Assembly: GCA_018369675.1 (NCBI GenBank)
Contig: JAGZBU010000003.1
Span: 8,234-72,233 of the forward strand
From: Haemophilus parainfluenzae
Lineage (GTDB): Bacteria > Pseudomonadota > Gammaproteobacteria > Enterobacterales > Pasteurellaceae
Direction of reading: 5' to 3'
DNA: 64,000 nucleotides
A program made the position numbers and the translations under genes. The notes beneath the pieces were generated by a model, which worked only from the letters and a program-made list of their open reading frames with translations, ran no database searches and had not been told where the DNA came from. Below are positions 11,561-21,895 of the stretch, piece by piece; the first letter of the stretch is position 1, and each line of letters starts with the position of its first letter.

Positions 11561-13324
11561 ATGACTGAACAAACATTTATTCTCGGCAAAGATGCCGCAC
11601 TTGAAGACAGTATTTCAAAATTTCAACAAAAATTGACCGCACTTGGTTTCAATATCGAAGAAGCCTCTTGGCTTAATCCTGTACCAAATGTCTGGTCTGT
11701 ACATATTCGTGATAAGGATTGCCCACAATGTTTTTCTAACGGTAAAGGTGCAAGCAAAAAAGCAGCGCTAGCCTCTGCATTAGGTGAATATTTCGAACGT
11801 CTTTCCACCAACTATTTCTTTGCCGATTTCTATTTAGGGCAAGAGATTGCCAATGGCGATTTCGTCCATTATCCCACTGAAAAATGGTTTCCAATTGAAG
11901 ATGAAGCCCTTTTACCAAAAGGGATTTTAGATGATTATTTATGGGATTATTTCGATCCAAATCAAGAACTAACCCCTGAATTGCTTGTGGATCTGCAATC
12001 CGGTAATTACGATCGCGGTATTGTCGCGATGCCTTATGTGCGCCAATCCGATCAAGAAACCGTCTATATTCCACAAAGTATCATTGCGAATTTGTACGTC
12101 TCTAATGGGATGTCCGCTGGTAACACAAAAAATGAAGCACGCGTGCAAGGGCTTTCAGAAGTTTTTGAACGTTACGTAAAAAATCGTATTATTGCAGAAG
12201 CAATCAGTCTTCCTGAAATTCCAAAATCTGTGATGGATCGCTATCCATCCATTCAAGCCTCTATTGCAAAATTAGAGGAAGAAGGCTTCCCAATTTATGC
12301 CTTTGATGCGTCACTAGGTGGCAAATATCCTGTCATTTGTGTTGTGTTGCTTAACCCAAATAATGGCACTTGCTTTGCTTCTTTTGGTGCACATCCAAAC
12401 TTTCAAGTGGCATTAGAGCGTACCGTAACGGAGCTTTTACAAGGTCGCAGCTTAAAAGATCTCGATGTATTCTCGCCTCCATCATTCAATAATTATGATG
12501 TGGCGGAGCATGCTAACCTTGAAACACACTTTATTGATTCTAGCGGTTTAATTTCTTGGGATTTATTTAAAAATACGCCAGATTATGAATTTGTAGATTG
12601 GGATTTCTCAGGTTCAACGCAAGAAGAATATGAAAACTTGATGGCAATCTTTAATGCAGAGGAAAAAGAAGTCTATATCATGGATTACAACCATTTAGAC
12701 GTTTACGCTTGCCGCATTATCGTACCAGGCATGTCTGATATCTATCCTGCTGATGACCTCATTTATGCCAATAATAATATGGGTATGGACTGGCGTGAGA
12801 TCTTATTGGATCTACCACACCATCATCATGATGCTGAAACTTATGAAGAATTATTAGCAGAATTAGATGAGCAAGATATTGACGACGCTACACGCGTTCG
12901 CGAATTTATCGGTATCGTTGCACCAAAAGCAAGCGGTTGGACAACATTACGTGTTGGTGAACTTAAATCCATGCTTTACTTAGCATTAGGTGAATTAGAA
13001 TTAGCCTTAGATTGGGCAAACTGGACGATGAATATGAACAGCTCTGTATTTACACCAGAGCGTGCAAATTACTATCGTGCCTTAATCAGCATCATTGAAT
13101 TGCATTTAGACAATACTCGCGATCCACAACAATATCGCACTGTATTTGAAAGAATGTATGGCAAAGAAGCTGTTCAACAAGCTTGGGCGGCAGTAGCAGA
13201 AAAAGGTAACCCGTTCTATAACTTGCCAGCCAGCGATGAAACGCTTGAAAACTTCAAAGAACACCAAGCTTTACTTGGTGCTTATGCGAAATTACAAAAA
13301 GCCAAACGAGAAAATTGGAAATAG
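11561..13324 (+). CDS. ycaO: YcaO (ribosomal protein S12 methylthiotransferase accessory factor, ATP-dependent YcaO domain)
   Basis: MTEQTFILGKDAALEDSISKFQQKLTALGFNIEEASWLNPVPNVWSVHIRD...KKAALASALGEYFERLSTNYFFADF is nearly collinear with E. coli YcaO. The ATG lies at 11561. Confidence 0.85.
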   Translation: MTEQTFILGKDAALEDSISKFQQKLTALGFNIEEASWLNPVPNVWSVHIRDKDCPQCFSNGKGASKKAALASALGEYFERLSTNYFFADFYLGQEIANGDFVHYPTEKWFPIEDEALLPKGILDDYLWDYFDPNQELTPELLVDLQSGNYDRGIVAMPYVRQSDQETVYIPQSIIANLYVSNGMSAGNTKNEARVQGLSEVFERYVKNRIIAEAISLPEIPKSVMDRYPSIQASIAKLEEEGFPIYAFDASLGGKYPVICVVLLNPNNGTCFASFGAHPNFQVALERTVTELLQGRSLKDLDVFSPPSFNNYDVAEHANLETHFIDSSGLISWDLFKNTPDYEFVDWDFSGSTQEEYENLMAIFNAEEKEVYIMDYNHLDVYACRIIVPGMSDIYPADDLIYANNNMGMDWREILLDLPHHHHDAETYEELLAELDEQDIDDATRVREFIGIVAPKASGWTTLRVGELKSMLYLALGELELALDWANWTMNMNSSVFTPERANYYRALISIIELHLDNTRDPQQYRTVFERMYGKEAVQQAWAAVAEKGNPFYNLPASDETLENFKEHQALLGAYAKLQKAKRENWK

Positions 13325-13477
13325 GCAATTTTCTCTCAATCATAAGGCGGACTTCATGTCTGCCTTATTTATTTCCACATTAAAAAACTGCTTTAAAATC
13401 AACCGCACTTTTCACACAAAAATGCTTAAATTTATGCTATAATCCGTCACAATTTTTTGATCAAAAAAGGAATAAAA

Positions 13478-16123
13478 ATGACGGATTCAATCCATTCCTC
13501 TATTACCCCAGTCAATATTGAAGAAGAACTAAAATCTTCTTACCTTGACTACGCCATGTCGGTGATTGTTGGGCGTGCTTTGCCTGATGTGCGTGACGGT
13601 TTAAAACCGGTGCATCGACGTGTGCTTTTCTCCATGGATCAATCTGGCATCACTGCCGGCAAAAAATACGTAAAATCTGCCCGTGTGGTAGGTGATGTAA
13701 TCGGTAAATATCACCCGCACGGTGATTCTGCGGTGTACGACACCATTGTGCGTATGGCACAGCCGTTCTCATTACGCTACATGTTGGTAGATGGGCAAGG
13801 TAACTTCGGTTCAATCGACGGTGATGCCCCAGCGGCAATGCGTTATACCGAAGTCCGTATGCAAAAAATCACCCAAGCGTTATTAACTGACTTGGATAAA
13901 GAAACCGTGAATTTCTCGCCTAACTATGATGGCGAATTAATGATTCCAGACGTATTACCAACCCGTATTCCGGCACTTTTAGCAAACGGTTCTTCCGGTA
14001 TTGCGGTAGGGATGGCAACGAATATTCCTCCACACAACTTAAATGAAGTTTTAGATGGCTGCTTGGCTTATATTGATAACGAAAACATCACTATTGATGA
14101 GTTAATGCAATATATTCCTGGCCCAGACTTCCCAACAGCGGCATTAATTAATGGCCGCAAAGGGATTGAAGAAGCTTATCGCACTGGTCGCGGCAAAGTG
14201 TATGTTCGCGCTCGCGCTAGCGTAGAAACCACAGATAAAGGCAAAGAGCAAATTATTGTGACCGAATTGCCTTATCAAGTGAACAAAGCCAAATTAGTGG
14301 AAAAAATTGCTGAGCTTATCAAAGATAAAAAAATCGAAGGCATCAGCAATATTATCGACCTTTCGAACAAAGAAGGGATCCGCATTGAAATTGACATCAA
14401 ACGTGATGCCGTAGGCGAAGTGGTATTAAATCACCTTTATGCTCTGACCCAAATGCAGGTAACCTTCGGGATCAACATGGTGGCCTTGGATCACGGTCAA
14501 CCACGTTTATTCAACTTAAAACAAATCATTGAAGCTTTTGTGATGCATCGTCGCGAAGTGGTGATTCGCCGTTCTTTATTTGAATTGCGTAAAGCCCGCG
14601 AGCGTACCCATATTTTAGAAGGTTTAGCGGTTGCAACATCAAACATCGATGAAATCATCGACATTATCCGTCAATCGAAAGAGCGTAAAGAAGCGGCAGA
14701 AAAATTAATTTCTCGCCCTTGGAAACTCAACAATGAGATCTTAGGCTTACTTGATGCAGCGGCACGCCCAGCTGAATTAGCCGCTGAATTTGGTATTCAA
14801 GGTTCTGATTACTACCTTTCTCCAGAACAAGTTGATGCAATCTTAGAACTTCGCTTACACCGTTTAACCGGTCTTGCTACCGAAGAAGTCATCAATGAAT
14901 ACAAAGAGTTATTGGTTAAAATTGCAGAACTTCTCCACATCATCAACAGCCCTGAACGCTTGATGGAAGTAATTCGTGAAGAACTTGAACAAGTACGTGC
15001 ACAATTCGCCGATGAACGTCGTACCGAAATCACTGCAGCTTCCGGTGATATTGATTTAGAAGATTTAATCGCTCAAGAAGATGTGGTGGTGACCCTTTCT
15101 CACGAAGGTTATGTGAAATATCAACCGCTTACCGACTACGAAGCTCAACGCCGAGGTGGTAAAGGTAAATCTGCAACGAAGATGAAAGATGAAGACTTCA
15201 TCGAAAAACTCTTAGTGGCGAATACTCACGATACGATTCTCTGTTTCTCTAGCCGTGGCCGCTTATATTGGTTGAAAGTCTATCAATTACCACAAGCTAG
15301 CCGTGGTGCGCGTGGTCGTCCAATTGTCAATATTCTACCGTTACAAGAAAACGAGCGTATCACCGCAATCCTGCCAATCTCTGCTTATGAAGAAGATAAA
15401 TTCGTGATCATGGCAACCGCTGGTGGTATTGTGAAGAAAATTGCACTAACCGAATTCAGCCGTCCACGTTCCAGCGGCATCATCGCCTTGAACTTACGTG
15501 ATGAAGATGAATTAATCGGCGTCGATATCACCGACGGTTCTAACGAAATCATGTTGTTCTCTTCTCAAGGTCGCGTAGTGCGTTTCGCTGAAAGCGCAGT
15601 CCGTGCAATGGGTCGTTTAGCAACAGGTGTACGCGGTATTAAACTCGCTCTTACCAATGATATCGCTGACGATGAAAGTGCGGTCGAAATTGAAGATGTT
15701 TCTGACGATAATGCAGAAGAAACACTCGATCTCAACATCGATAAAGTCGTATCCTTAGTTGTGCCGAAAAATGATGGTGCAATCCTTACGGCGACACAAA
15801 ACGGTTACGGTAAACGTACACAATTAAGCGAATACCCAACCAAATCGCGTAATACCAAAGGGGTGATTTCGATTAAAGTGAGCGAACGTAACGGTAAAGT
15901 CGTTGCAGCGACACAAGTAGAAGAAACCGACCAAATTATGCTTATCACTGATGCAGGTACCTTAGTGCGTACTCGTGTAAGTGAAGTAAGTATCGTTGGC
16001 CGTAACACCCAAGGGGTTCGTTTAATTCGTACCGCAGAAGATGAACACGTAGTCAGTCTTGAACGTGTTTGTGATGTGGATGATGAAGACGAAGGCACTG
16101 AAGATGTGACTTCTGAAGAATAA
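13478..16123 (+). CDS. gyrA: DNA gyrase subunit A
   Basis: [42 protein letters not shown] contains the active-site Tyr region. The acidic C-terminal tail follows. The gene encodes 881 aa from the MTDSIH start. Confidence 0.95.
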   Translation: MTDSIHSSITPVNIEEELKSSYLDYAMSVIVGRALPDVRDGLKPVHRRVLFSMDQSGITAGKKYVKSARVVGDVIGKYHPHGDSAVYDTIVRMAQPFSLRYMLVDGQGNFGSIDGDAPAAMRYTEVRMQKITQALLTDLDKETVNFSPNYDGELMIPDVLPTRIPALLANGSSGIAVGMATNIPPHNLNEVLDGCLAYIDNENITIDELMQYIPGPDFPTAALINGRKGIEEAYRTGRGKVYVRARASVETTDKGKEQIIVTELPYQVNKAKLVEKIAELIKDKKIEGISNIIDLSNKEGIRIEIDIKRDAVGEVVLNHLYALTQMQVTFGINMVALDHGQPRLFNLKQIIEAFVMHRREVVIRRSLFELRKARERTHILEGLAVATSNIDEIIDIIRQSKERKEAAEKLISRPWKLNNEILGLLDAAARPAELAAEFGIQGSDYYLSPEQVDAILELRLHRLTGLATEEVINEYKELLVKIAELLHIINSPERLMEVIREELEQVRAQFADERRTEITAASGDIDLEDLIAQEDVVVTLSHEGYVKYQPLTDYEAQRRGGKGKSATKMKDEDFIEKLLVANTHDTILCFSSRGRLYWLKVYQLPQASRGARGRPIVNILPLQENERITAILPISAYEEDKFVIMATAGGIVKKIALTEFSRPRSSGIIALNLRDEDELIGVDITDGSNEIMLFSSQGRVVRFAESAVRAMGRLATGVRGIKLALTNDIADDESAVEIEDVSDDNAEETLDLNIDKVVSLVVPKNDGAILTATQNGYGKRTQLSEYPTKSRNTKGVISIKVSERNGKVVAATQVEETDQIMLITDAGTLVRTRVSEVSIVGRNTQGVRLIRTAEDEHVVSLERVCDVDDEDEGTEDVTSEE

Positions 16124-16139
16124 TTGATCTCCCATTAAA

Positions 16140-16176
16140 TAAAAGCCCCGCGTTTTGATTCGCGGGGCTTTTTTAT
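16140..16176. terminator. bidirectional Rho-independent terminator between gyrA and ycdY
   Basis: The sequence is AAAAGCCCCGCG-ttttgattc-GCGGGGCTTTTTT. Confidence 0.7.
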
Positions 16177-16221
16177 TGGCATCTAAAAATCTCTTTTAGA
16201 GATCTATTCTATTGATGAAAA

Positions 16222-16779
16222 CTACTCGCCCTCTTCTAATTCATCAGCCATTGCAGCCAAGATTTCACGGGTTAAATACGCCAATGAACGATAGAAAGGA
16301 AGTGTTGCATAAGTTTCCACTTGGGTTAAGAATTTCGCTGCACAAGGTAATAAGAAATCACCGAATAAATCCTGTTGAGCGGATAGCGATTCCGTGTTGT
16401 CTTCTAACCAAGAAGCCGTAAGCAATAGCAAAGCGAAATGATCGACATTCTCTGCCTCAGGCACATTACGCGCATGACGGAAATCCACAAAACGTTGCAC
16501 ATCCATATCATAACTTGAAATAGCCGTTGGTACGTTACCGTTTGGACCAAACAATTTTTGATATTCTTGATCAAGCAACGTTAAATCAATTTTCATTTGT
16601 AAATTATCAATGGCCGCTTCGCTTTCTTTATCTGTAGAGAGCGCCCACACTTGACTTAAACCTTGTTGCTGCAACCAATCAAATACCCCACTCAAAATTG
16701 GATCTGTGGGGCTGCGATAAAATAAATTGCCAAATAGGCGGCTTATTAAAGAAAAATTATTCACTTGAGTTTCTGACAT
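16222..16779 (-). CDS. ycdY: TorD/DmsD-family redox-enzyme maturation chaperone, YcdY-like
   Basis: FSLISRLFGNLFYRSP.DP...ENVDHFALLLLTASWLEDN...TLPFYRSLAYLTREILAAMADELEE is collinear with E. coli YcdY (ILCRVLGSLYYRQPQDP...PADHIGTLLLAASWLED...MWDELEE). Confidence 0.65.
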   Translation of the reverse strand: MSETQVNNFSLISRLFGNLFYRSPTDPILSGVFDWLQQQGLSQVWALSTDKESEAAIDNLQMKIDLTLLDQEYQKLFGPNGNVPTAISSYDMDVQRFVDFRHARNVPEAENVDHFALLLLTASWLEDNTESLSAQQDLFGDFLLPCAAKFLTQVETYATLPFYRSLAYLTREILAAMADELEEGE

Positions 16780-16803
16780 CTGTTTGCTTTCCTATGATTG
16801 TGC

Positions 16804-17409
16804 TCACGATTGAGCTAAAAGTGCGGTCAATTTTGCCGTTGTTTTTTCGGCGGCTTCGTCAAGCATCGCTTGGCGAGCAGCATTATCGATAATATGAATA
16901 TCACCGAACAAAGTATAATCCACATTCTCAATACCACAATAATTAAATAACCCATTGATCAAACAATGATTGAGGGACTTATCCACGCCGTATTCTTGAT
17001 ATTTTGCTACGCTGCTACCAATAGTGATAAATTGTTGCATCGCTTTACCTTGAAGCAGACCTTTGGATTCGCCATTTTCTGTTTTATAAGCAAAACCATG
17101 ACTTAATACACGATCCAAATAGCCTTTTAGCATCGCTGGAAAACCCATCCACCATAAAGGATAAACCATCGTAATCAAATCTGCTTGGCGGATAAAATCA
17201 TGTTCCTGCTGAATTTCGGCTGGGATAATCCCCTTATTGGCCGATTGCAATTCTTCAAAGGAAATAATCGGATTAAATTCCATGGTGTAAAGATCGCGCA
17301 AATGGGTTTCAACACCAAGTTGTTGGCTTGCTTTTACAACACGATCTACGATGGCACGACCAAAACTTTTTTGGCTATTGGGATGTGCAAAAATAATTAA
17401 ATGATTCAT
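16804..17409 (-). CDS. flavodoxin-like NAD(P)H-dependent (quinone) oxidoreductase, Flavodoxin_2/NQO family
   Basis: MNHLIIFAHPNSQKSFGRAIVDRV...MVYPLWWMGFPAMLKGYLDRV is typical of this family. It overlaps nfeD by 4 nt (ATGA), which suggests translational coupling. Confidence 0.65.
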   Translation of the reverse strand: MNHLIIFAHPNSQKSFGRAIVDRVVKASQQLGVETHLRDLYTMEFNPIISFEELQSANKGIIPAEIQQEHDFIRQADLITMVYPLWWMGFPAMLKGYLDRVLSHGFAYKTENGESKGLLQGKAMQQFITIGSSVAKYQEYGVDKSLNHCLINGLFNYCGIENVDYTLFGDIHIIDNAARQAMLDEAAEKTTAKLTALLAQS

Positions 17410-17861
17410 TCCGTTACCTTTTTCACTAACAATGTGATGCCATCAACGCGTTCTACCACCACTAGATCATTCACCGCTAAATGCTCACCTTGAATACGCC
17501 ATGTGGTATCGCCAAAGGCACCACGACCAATCCCATTAGAACCAATTTCTAATACCGTGCCTTTTTTACCTAACAAAGTATGATCTCGTTGGTTTAAAGT
17601 TGTACGTGATTGGTCCTGATTATCTTTGCTATGTTGATATTTCCACCAGAGCAACGAGAATATAATCGCTAAAATCGCATAAAAAACGGCTAACACGGTT
17701 AAGGATAAACTCGGTACTAACGCCATTACGCCTGCAGCCACAATCGCAGCCAAGCCCCACCACAATAAAAATACGCCGGGCACGAGGGTTTCAGCAATTA
17801 ACAATACAAAACCTAATACCAACCAATGCCATACCGACCAAGTTGTTAACCAATCAGCCAT
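17406..17861 (-). CDS. ybbJ: NfeD-family membrane protein (YbbJ-like), partner of QmcA
   Basis: Two transmembrane helices are followed by a C-terminal beta domain (GKKGTVLEIGSNGIGRGAFGDTTWRIQGE...VVV). It lies downstream of the SPFH protein, as in E. coli ybbK-ybbJ. Confidence 0.7.
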   Translation of the reverse strand: MADWLTTWSVWHWLVLGFVLLIAETLVPGVFLLWWGLAAIVAAGVMALVPSLSLTVLAVFYAILAIIFSLLWWKYQHSKDNQDQSRTTLNQRDHTLLGKKGTVLEIGSNGIGRGAFGDTTWRIQGEHLAVNDLVVVERVDGITLLVKKVTE

Positions 17862-17913
17862 ATCAACTCCTTGAGAGAAAAAGTGCGGTCATTTTTAACC
17901 GCACTTTAAGAAA

Positions 17914-18828
17914 TTACGCTTTTTTGTCGCCTTTTAACAGTTCGGCAATACCCGCTACCGAGCCGATTAAATTACCGGCTTCAAGCGGCATCATGACCAC
18001 TTTGCTATTTGGTGAACCACCGATTTGTTTTAAGGCTTCTGTGTATTTTTGTGCGATGAAGTAATTGATCGCTTTGGTATCACCGCTGGCAATCGCTTCT
18101 GATACCATTTGAGTTGCTTTCGCTTCCGCTTCTGCTGCACGTTCACGCGCTTCTGCTTGTAAGAAGGCTTCTTGACGCTCCCCTTCCGCTTTCAGAATTC
18201 GGGCTTGTTTTTCCCCTTCTGCACGTAAAATTTCCGCCTGACGAATACCTTCCGCCTCCAACACTTCCGCACGTTTATTACGTTCCGCTTTCATTTGTGC
18301 GTTCATAGAATCAATCAATTCACGTGGTGGACGCACATCGCGAATTTCAATACGGGTGACTTTAATCCCCCAAGGATTGGTCGCTTCATCCACAATTGCC
18401 AATAAACGACCATTAATGGAATCACGTTGAGAAAGCATTTCATCCAATTCCATCGAGCCTAGCACGGTACGAATGTTGGTCATGGTTAAATTGATAATCG
18501 CCTGTTCTAAATGATTCACTTCATAAGCTGCACTGCGAGCATCAATCACCTGGACGAAACAAACCGCATCAATGGATACGTTCGCATTATCCTTAGAAAT
18601 AACTTCTTGTGAGGGAATATCTAATACCTGTTCCATCATATTGATCTTACGACCAACACGATCCACAAACGGCACCACAAAGTTCAAGCCAGGCATTAAG
18701 GTGTGGGTATAACGCCCAAAACGCTCAATCGTCCAGTTATAACCTTGCGGTACAGTTTTAAGTGCCGAAAATAGCACAACAACAACTAATACAATAAAGA
18801 CGATTGCGGCAATAGATAAGCCTTCCAT
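17914..18828 (-). CDS. qmcA: SPFH/band-7 (stomatin-like) protein QmcA
   Basis: It has an N-terminal transmembrane segment and a band-7 domain ([30 protein letters not shown]). A coiled-coil Ala/Glu-rich tail follows. Confidence 0.85.
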   Translation of the reverse strand: MEGLSIAAIVFIVLVVVVLFSALKTVPQGYNWTIERFGRYTHTLMPGLNFVVPFVDRVGRKINMMEQVLDIPSQEVISKDNANVSIDAVCFVQVIDARSAAYEVNHLEQAIINLTMTNIRTVLGSMELDEMLSQRDSINGRLLAIVDEATNPWGIKVTRIEIRDVRPPRELIDSMNAQMKAERNKRAEVLEAEGIRQAEILRAEGEKQARILKAEGERQEAFLQAEARERAAEAEAKATQMVSEAIASGDTKAINYFIAQKYTEALKQIGGSPNSKVVMMPLEAGNLIGSVAGIAELLKGDKKA

Positions 18829-18873
18829 AGATTGCTCCTTAATGATGAGGAAATATAAGAAAAGTCTATCAAA

Positions 18874-20322
18874 TTAGACCGCACTTTGTATATAAATATA
18901 TTTATCGTTTTCTCTTATAAATTCAAAAAGATGCGTAATGCAATTCGGAGCATCTAAATCTTGATGAGAGACAAATAAGAGCTGCGTTTCACTATTATTA
19001 ACAAGTTGTTCAATAAAATGTTTCACTAGCTTACGATTTAATCCATCAAGTCCTTGAAAAGGCTCATCTAAAATTAAAACAGGCGGATGTTTCACCATCG
19101 CTCGTGTGATTAAAAGCAAACGTTGCTGCCCCCAAGAAAGTGAACGAAATGGCGTTTTTGCTAAATGAGTCAGATTTAAACGAGCTAACCACTGCATGGC
19201 TTTCAAACGAATTGCCTCTGGTACTTGTTGATAAATCCCTATACTGTCAAAAAAGCCCGAAATAATCACATCAAGCACAGAACAATTCACGCGATAATCT
19301 AAATGCAGTTGGCTACTTACGTAACCAATTTTTTGTTTAATATCCCAAATCGTTTCGCCTGAGCCTCGTTGTTTACCAAAGATCACCACATGATTCGAAA
19401 ATGCCTGAGGATGATCGCCTGTAATCAAAGAAAGTAAGGTTGACTTTCCTGCACCATTTGGTCCTTTAATCCACCAATTTTCATGAGGTTGAACAACCCA
19501 GTTTAAATGATCCAAAATCACTTTATCGCCATACTGAACCGTGACATTTCGGAGCTCAAAGTGCGGTTGGTTTCCAGGCAGTTTTAGTAATGGTGACGCT
19601 GGTTCTGGCAACGCTACATCAACAGATTGCTCCGCATAAACTAATTGTTGATAAATACTTTGTTGCTCAATGGATTGGCGTTCACCTTCTAATACTAACT
19701 CTAAATTTTCCAACATGGCTAAATGAGTGGACTGTTCTGGAATATCCGCTAGACGATTAACAATTAGAACGATTGCACATTCTTTTTTCAGTTCGTTCAG
19801 CATCGCCATCCAATCTTGCACAGATTGCTGATCTAGCCCTTCAAAAGGTTCATCTAAAATTAATAGGTCGGGCTTTTGTAATAACGCTTGTGCCAATAAT
19901 ACTTTACGCGTTTCCCCAGTGGAAAGTTTGATAAAGAAACGATCTAAGAGATAAGTAATCCCTAATTTTTCTGCAATCTCTTCGCAAAAATCTAGCGATG
20001 AACTGCCATTTAAGATCATTTCCCTTGCGGTTTTACCAAAAAAATCTGGATCGGTATCATCATTATTTAAATTCTTTAATGTTGCTTCAAGAATTTCACG
20101 TTGTTTTTCAAAAGAGAAGGATTGAACCCGTTGAAAGGAATTATGATACTTCCCTTCCTGCAAAGACAATTCATTTTGCAAAGCGAGAGCAAACGCTGAT
20201 TTTCCACTCCCATTACTGCCTACCACAACCCAATATTGTCGTGGCTCAATCGCAAAGTGCGGTAAGTTTAAGGTCTGTTTTTGATGAAGTTCAAATTTTG
20301 CTTGCTGAATTAAAAGTGTCAT
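18874..20322 (-). CDS. modF: ABC-type ATPase with duplicated nucleotide-binding domains, ModF
   Basis: Two Walker A sites are present (VVGSNGSGKSA and [22 protein letters not shown]). Two signature motifs (LSTGETRK and LSWGQQRL) are collinear with E. coli ModF. The start is taken at MTLLIQQ. Confidence 0.8.
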   Translation of the reverse strand: MTLLIQQAKFELHQKQTLNLPHFAIEPRQYWVVVGSNGSGKSAFALALQNELSLQEGKYHNSFQRVQSFSFEKQREILEATLKNLNNDDTDPDFFGKTAREMILNGSSSLDFCEEIAEKLGITYLLDRFFIKLSTGETRKVLLAQALLQKPDLLILDEPFEGLDQQSVQDWMAMLNELKKECAIVLIVNRLADIPEQSTHLAMLENLELVLEGERQSIEQQSIYQQLVYAEQSVDVALPEPASPLLKLPGNQPHFELRNVTVQYGDKVILDHLNWVVQPHENWWIKGPNGAGKSTLLSLITGDHPQAFSNHVVIFGKQRGSGETIWDIKQKIGYVSSQLHLDYRVNCSVLDVIISGFFDSIGIYQQVPEAIRLKAMQWLARLNLTHLAKTPFRSLSWGQQRLLLITRAMVKHPPVLILDEPFQGLDGLNRKLVKHFIEQLVNNSETQLLFVSHQDLDAPNCITHLFEFIRENDKYIYIQSAV

Positions 20323-20336
20323 TCTCTTTCCCTTAA

Positions 20337-20372
20337 AAACAAAAGGCGAGCAATTTGCCCGCCTTGTCAGAT
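20337..20372 (-). terminator. Rho-independent terminator after sstT
   Basis: The minus strand reads GGCGGGCAAATTGCTCGCC-TTTTGTTTTT. Confidence 0.55.
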
Positions 20373-20380
20373 TCATTTAA

Positions 20381-21622
20381 TTAGCCGTTTTTACGTTCTT
20401 CTTCCATACATACTGCCGCAGTAAATAATACGTCAGTTGAAGAGTTTAATGCGGTTTCTGTTGAGTCTTGTAAGATACCAATCACAAAACCTACACCGAT
20501 CATTTGTGCCGCGATGTCATCACTGATACCAAATAAGCTACAAGCTAATGGGATTAATAATAATGAACCACCTGCCACACCAGAAGCACCACATGCACAA
20601 AGCGCCGCAACAATACTTAATAATACAGCACTGACAAAAGATACTTCTATACCTAATGTATGAACAGCCGCTAACGTTAATACAGTAATAGTAATCGCTG
20701 CACCCGCCATATTGATATTCGCACCTAATGGAATTGCCACAGAATAGGTTTCTTCATCAAGATTTAAGCGTTTTGCTAATTCAATGTTTACTGGAATATT
20801 TGCCGCAGAACTACGAGTAAAGAATGCAGTTACACCACTTTCGCGTACACAAGTCCAAACTAATGGATATGGGTTACGACGGATTTTCCAATAAACGAGA
20901 ATTGGGTTTAGCACAAATGCAGTGAATAACATTGTACCGATTAACACGAATAGTAAGTGTACATATCCACCTAACGCCGCTAATCCTCTGTCAGATAAAG
21001 TTTCAGCCACTAAACCGAATACACCGAAAGGCGCAAAAGAAATAATGATATGAACAATTTTAGAAATGCCTTCTGCAAAATCAGCCACCACTTGTTTAGT
21101 TGCATCAGAAGCATGACGAAGTGCTAAACCTAAACCGATAGACCATGCTAATACACCGATAAAGTTTGCTTTAAAAATCGCATTTAATGGGTTATCTACC
21201 ACGTTCAATACTAAAGCAAGCATCACTTGGCCAACAGATTGTGGTGCCGAACTTGCATCTTCTTTTACCGCAAGTGCAACCTCTGACGGGAATGCCATAC
21301 TTGCAATTACCGCAGCAACAGCGGCTAAGAAGGTTCCCACAAGATAAAGCACTACGATTTCTTTCATATTGCTTTTAGAGCCCACTTTCTTATTAGCCAG
21401 TGCAGCCATAACAAGGAAGAAAATCAAAATTGGTGCAACTGCACGTAATGCTTTAACGAAAATTTGACCCAGCACACCAAAGCTAGATGCAAGATCAATG
21501 CCTGATGAATTTTTAACACTCTCATTCACCAATGCAACAAGGATCCCGAGTACCAAACCAACAGCAATTCGTTTTACCAAATTACCTTGGAAAAGAAAAT
21601 GAAATAAACGTGATGTATTCAT
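20381..21622 (-). CDS. sstT: serine/threonine:Na+ symporter
   Basis: It is collinear with E. coli SstT throughout. Examples are [31 protein letters not shown] and [17 protein letters not shown]. Confidence 0.9.
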   Translation of the reverse strand: MNTSRLFHFLFQGNLVKRIAVGLVLGILVALVNESVKNSSGIDLASSFGVLGQIFVKALRAVAPILIFFLVMAALANKKVGSKSNMKEIVVLYLVGTFLAAVAAVIASMAFPSEVALAVKEDASSAPQSVGQVMLALVLNVVDNPLNAIFKANFIGVLAWSIGLGLALRHASDATKQVVADFAEGISKIVHIIISFAPFGVFGLVAETLSDRGLAALGGYVHLLFVLIGTMLFTAFVLNPILVYWKIRRNPYPLVWTCVRESGVTAFFTRSSAANIPVNIELAKRLNLDEETYSVAIPLGANINMAGAAITITVLTLAAVHTLGIEVSFVSAVLLSIVAALCACGASGVAGGSLLLIPLACSLFGISDDIAAQMIGVGFVIGILQDSTETALNSSTDVLFTAAVCMEEERKNG

Positions 21623-21811
21623 AATAATTTTAAATAAAGATTAAGTTGAACTTCAGATCGTTACGATCCACCGAAACAGACTAAAGATAGCTTAAATTTT
21701 GTTTAAAAGAAAATTTTTTCTTTATCATTTTATTAAAAAATTGAACTTTTTAAGCCTGGAATGAATTTTTTCTAAAATTTTCGCCTATAAAAAAATTTTT
21801 TCTATGCCCTA

Positions 21812-21841
21812 TTGACATACTGTATCTAACCACAGTATATT
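21812..21841 (+). promoter_or_regulatory. sigma70 promoter (TTGACA-17-GTATAT) with an embedded LexA/SOS box TACTGTATCTAACCACAGTA
   Basis: The sequence is ttgacaTACTGTatctaaccACAGTAtatt. The pattern CTGT-N8-ACAG, flanked by TA and TA, spans 21818-21837. It lies about 55 bp upstream of the ORF at 21896. Confidence 0.6.
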
Positions 21842-21895
21842 ACACCTGTATAAACAACCAATGATTAAAAACACACTAACTAAAAGGAACACAAG

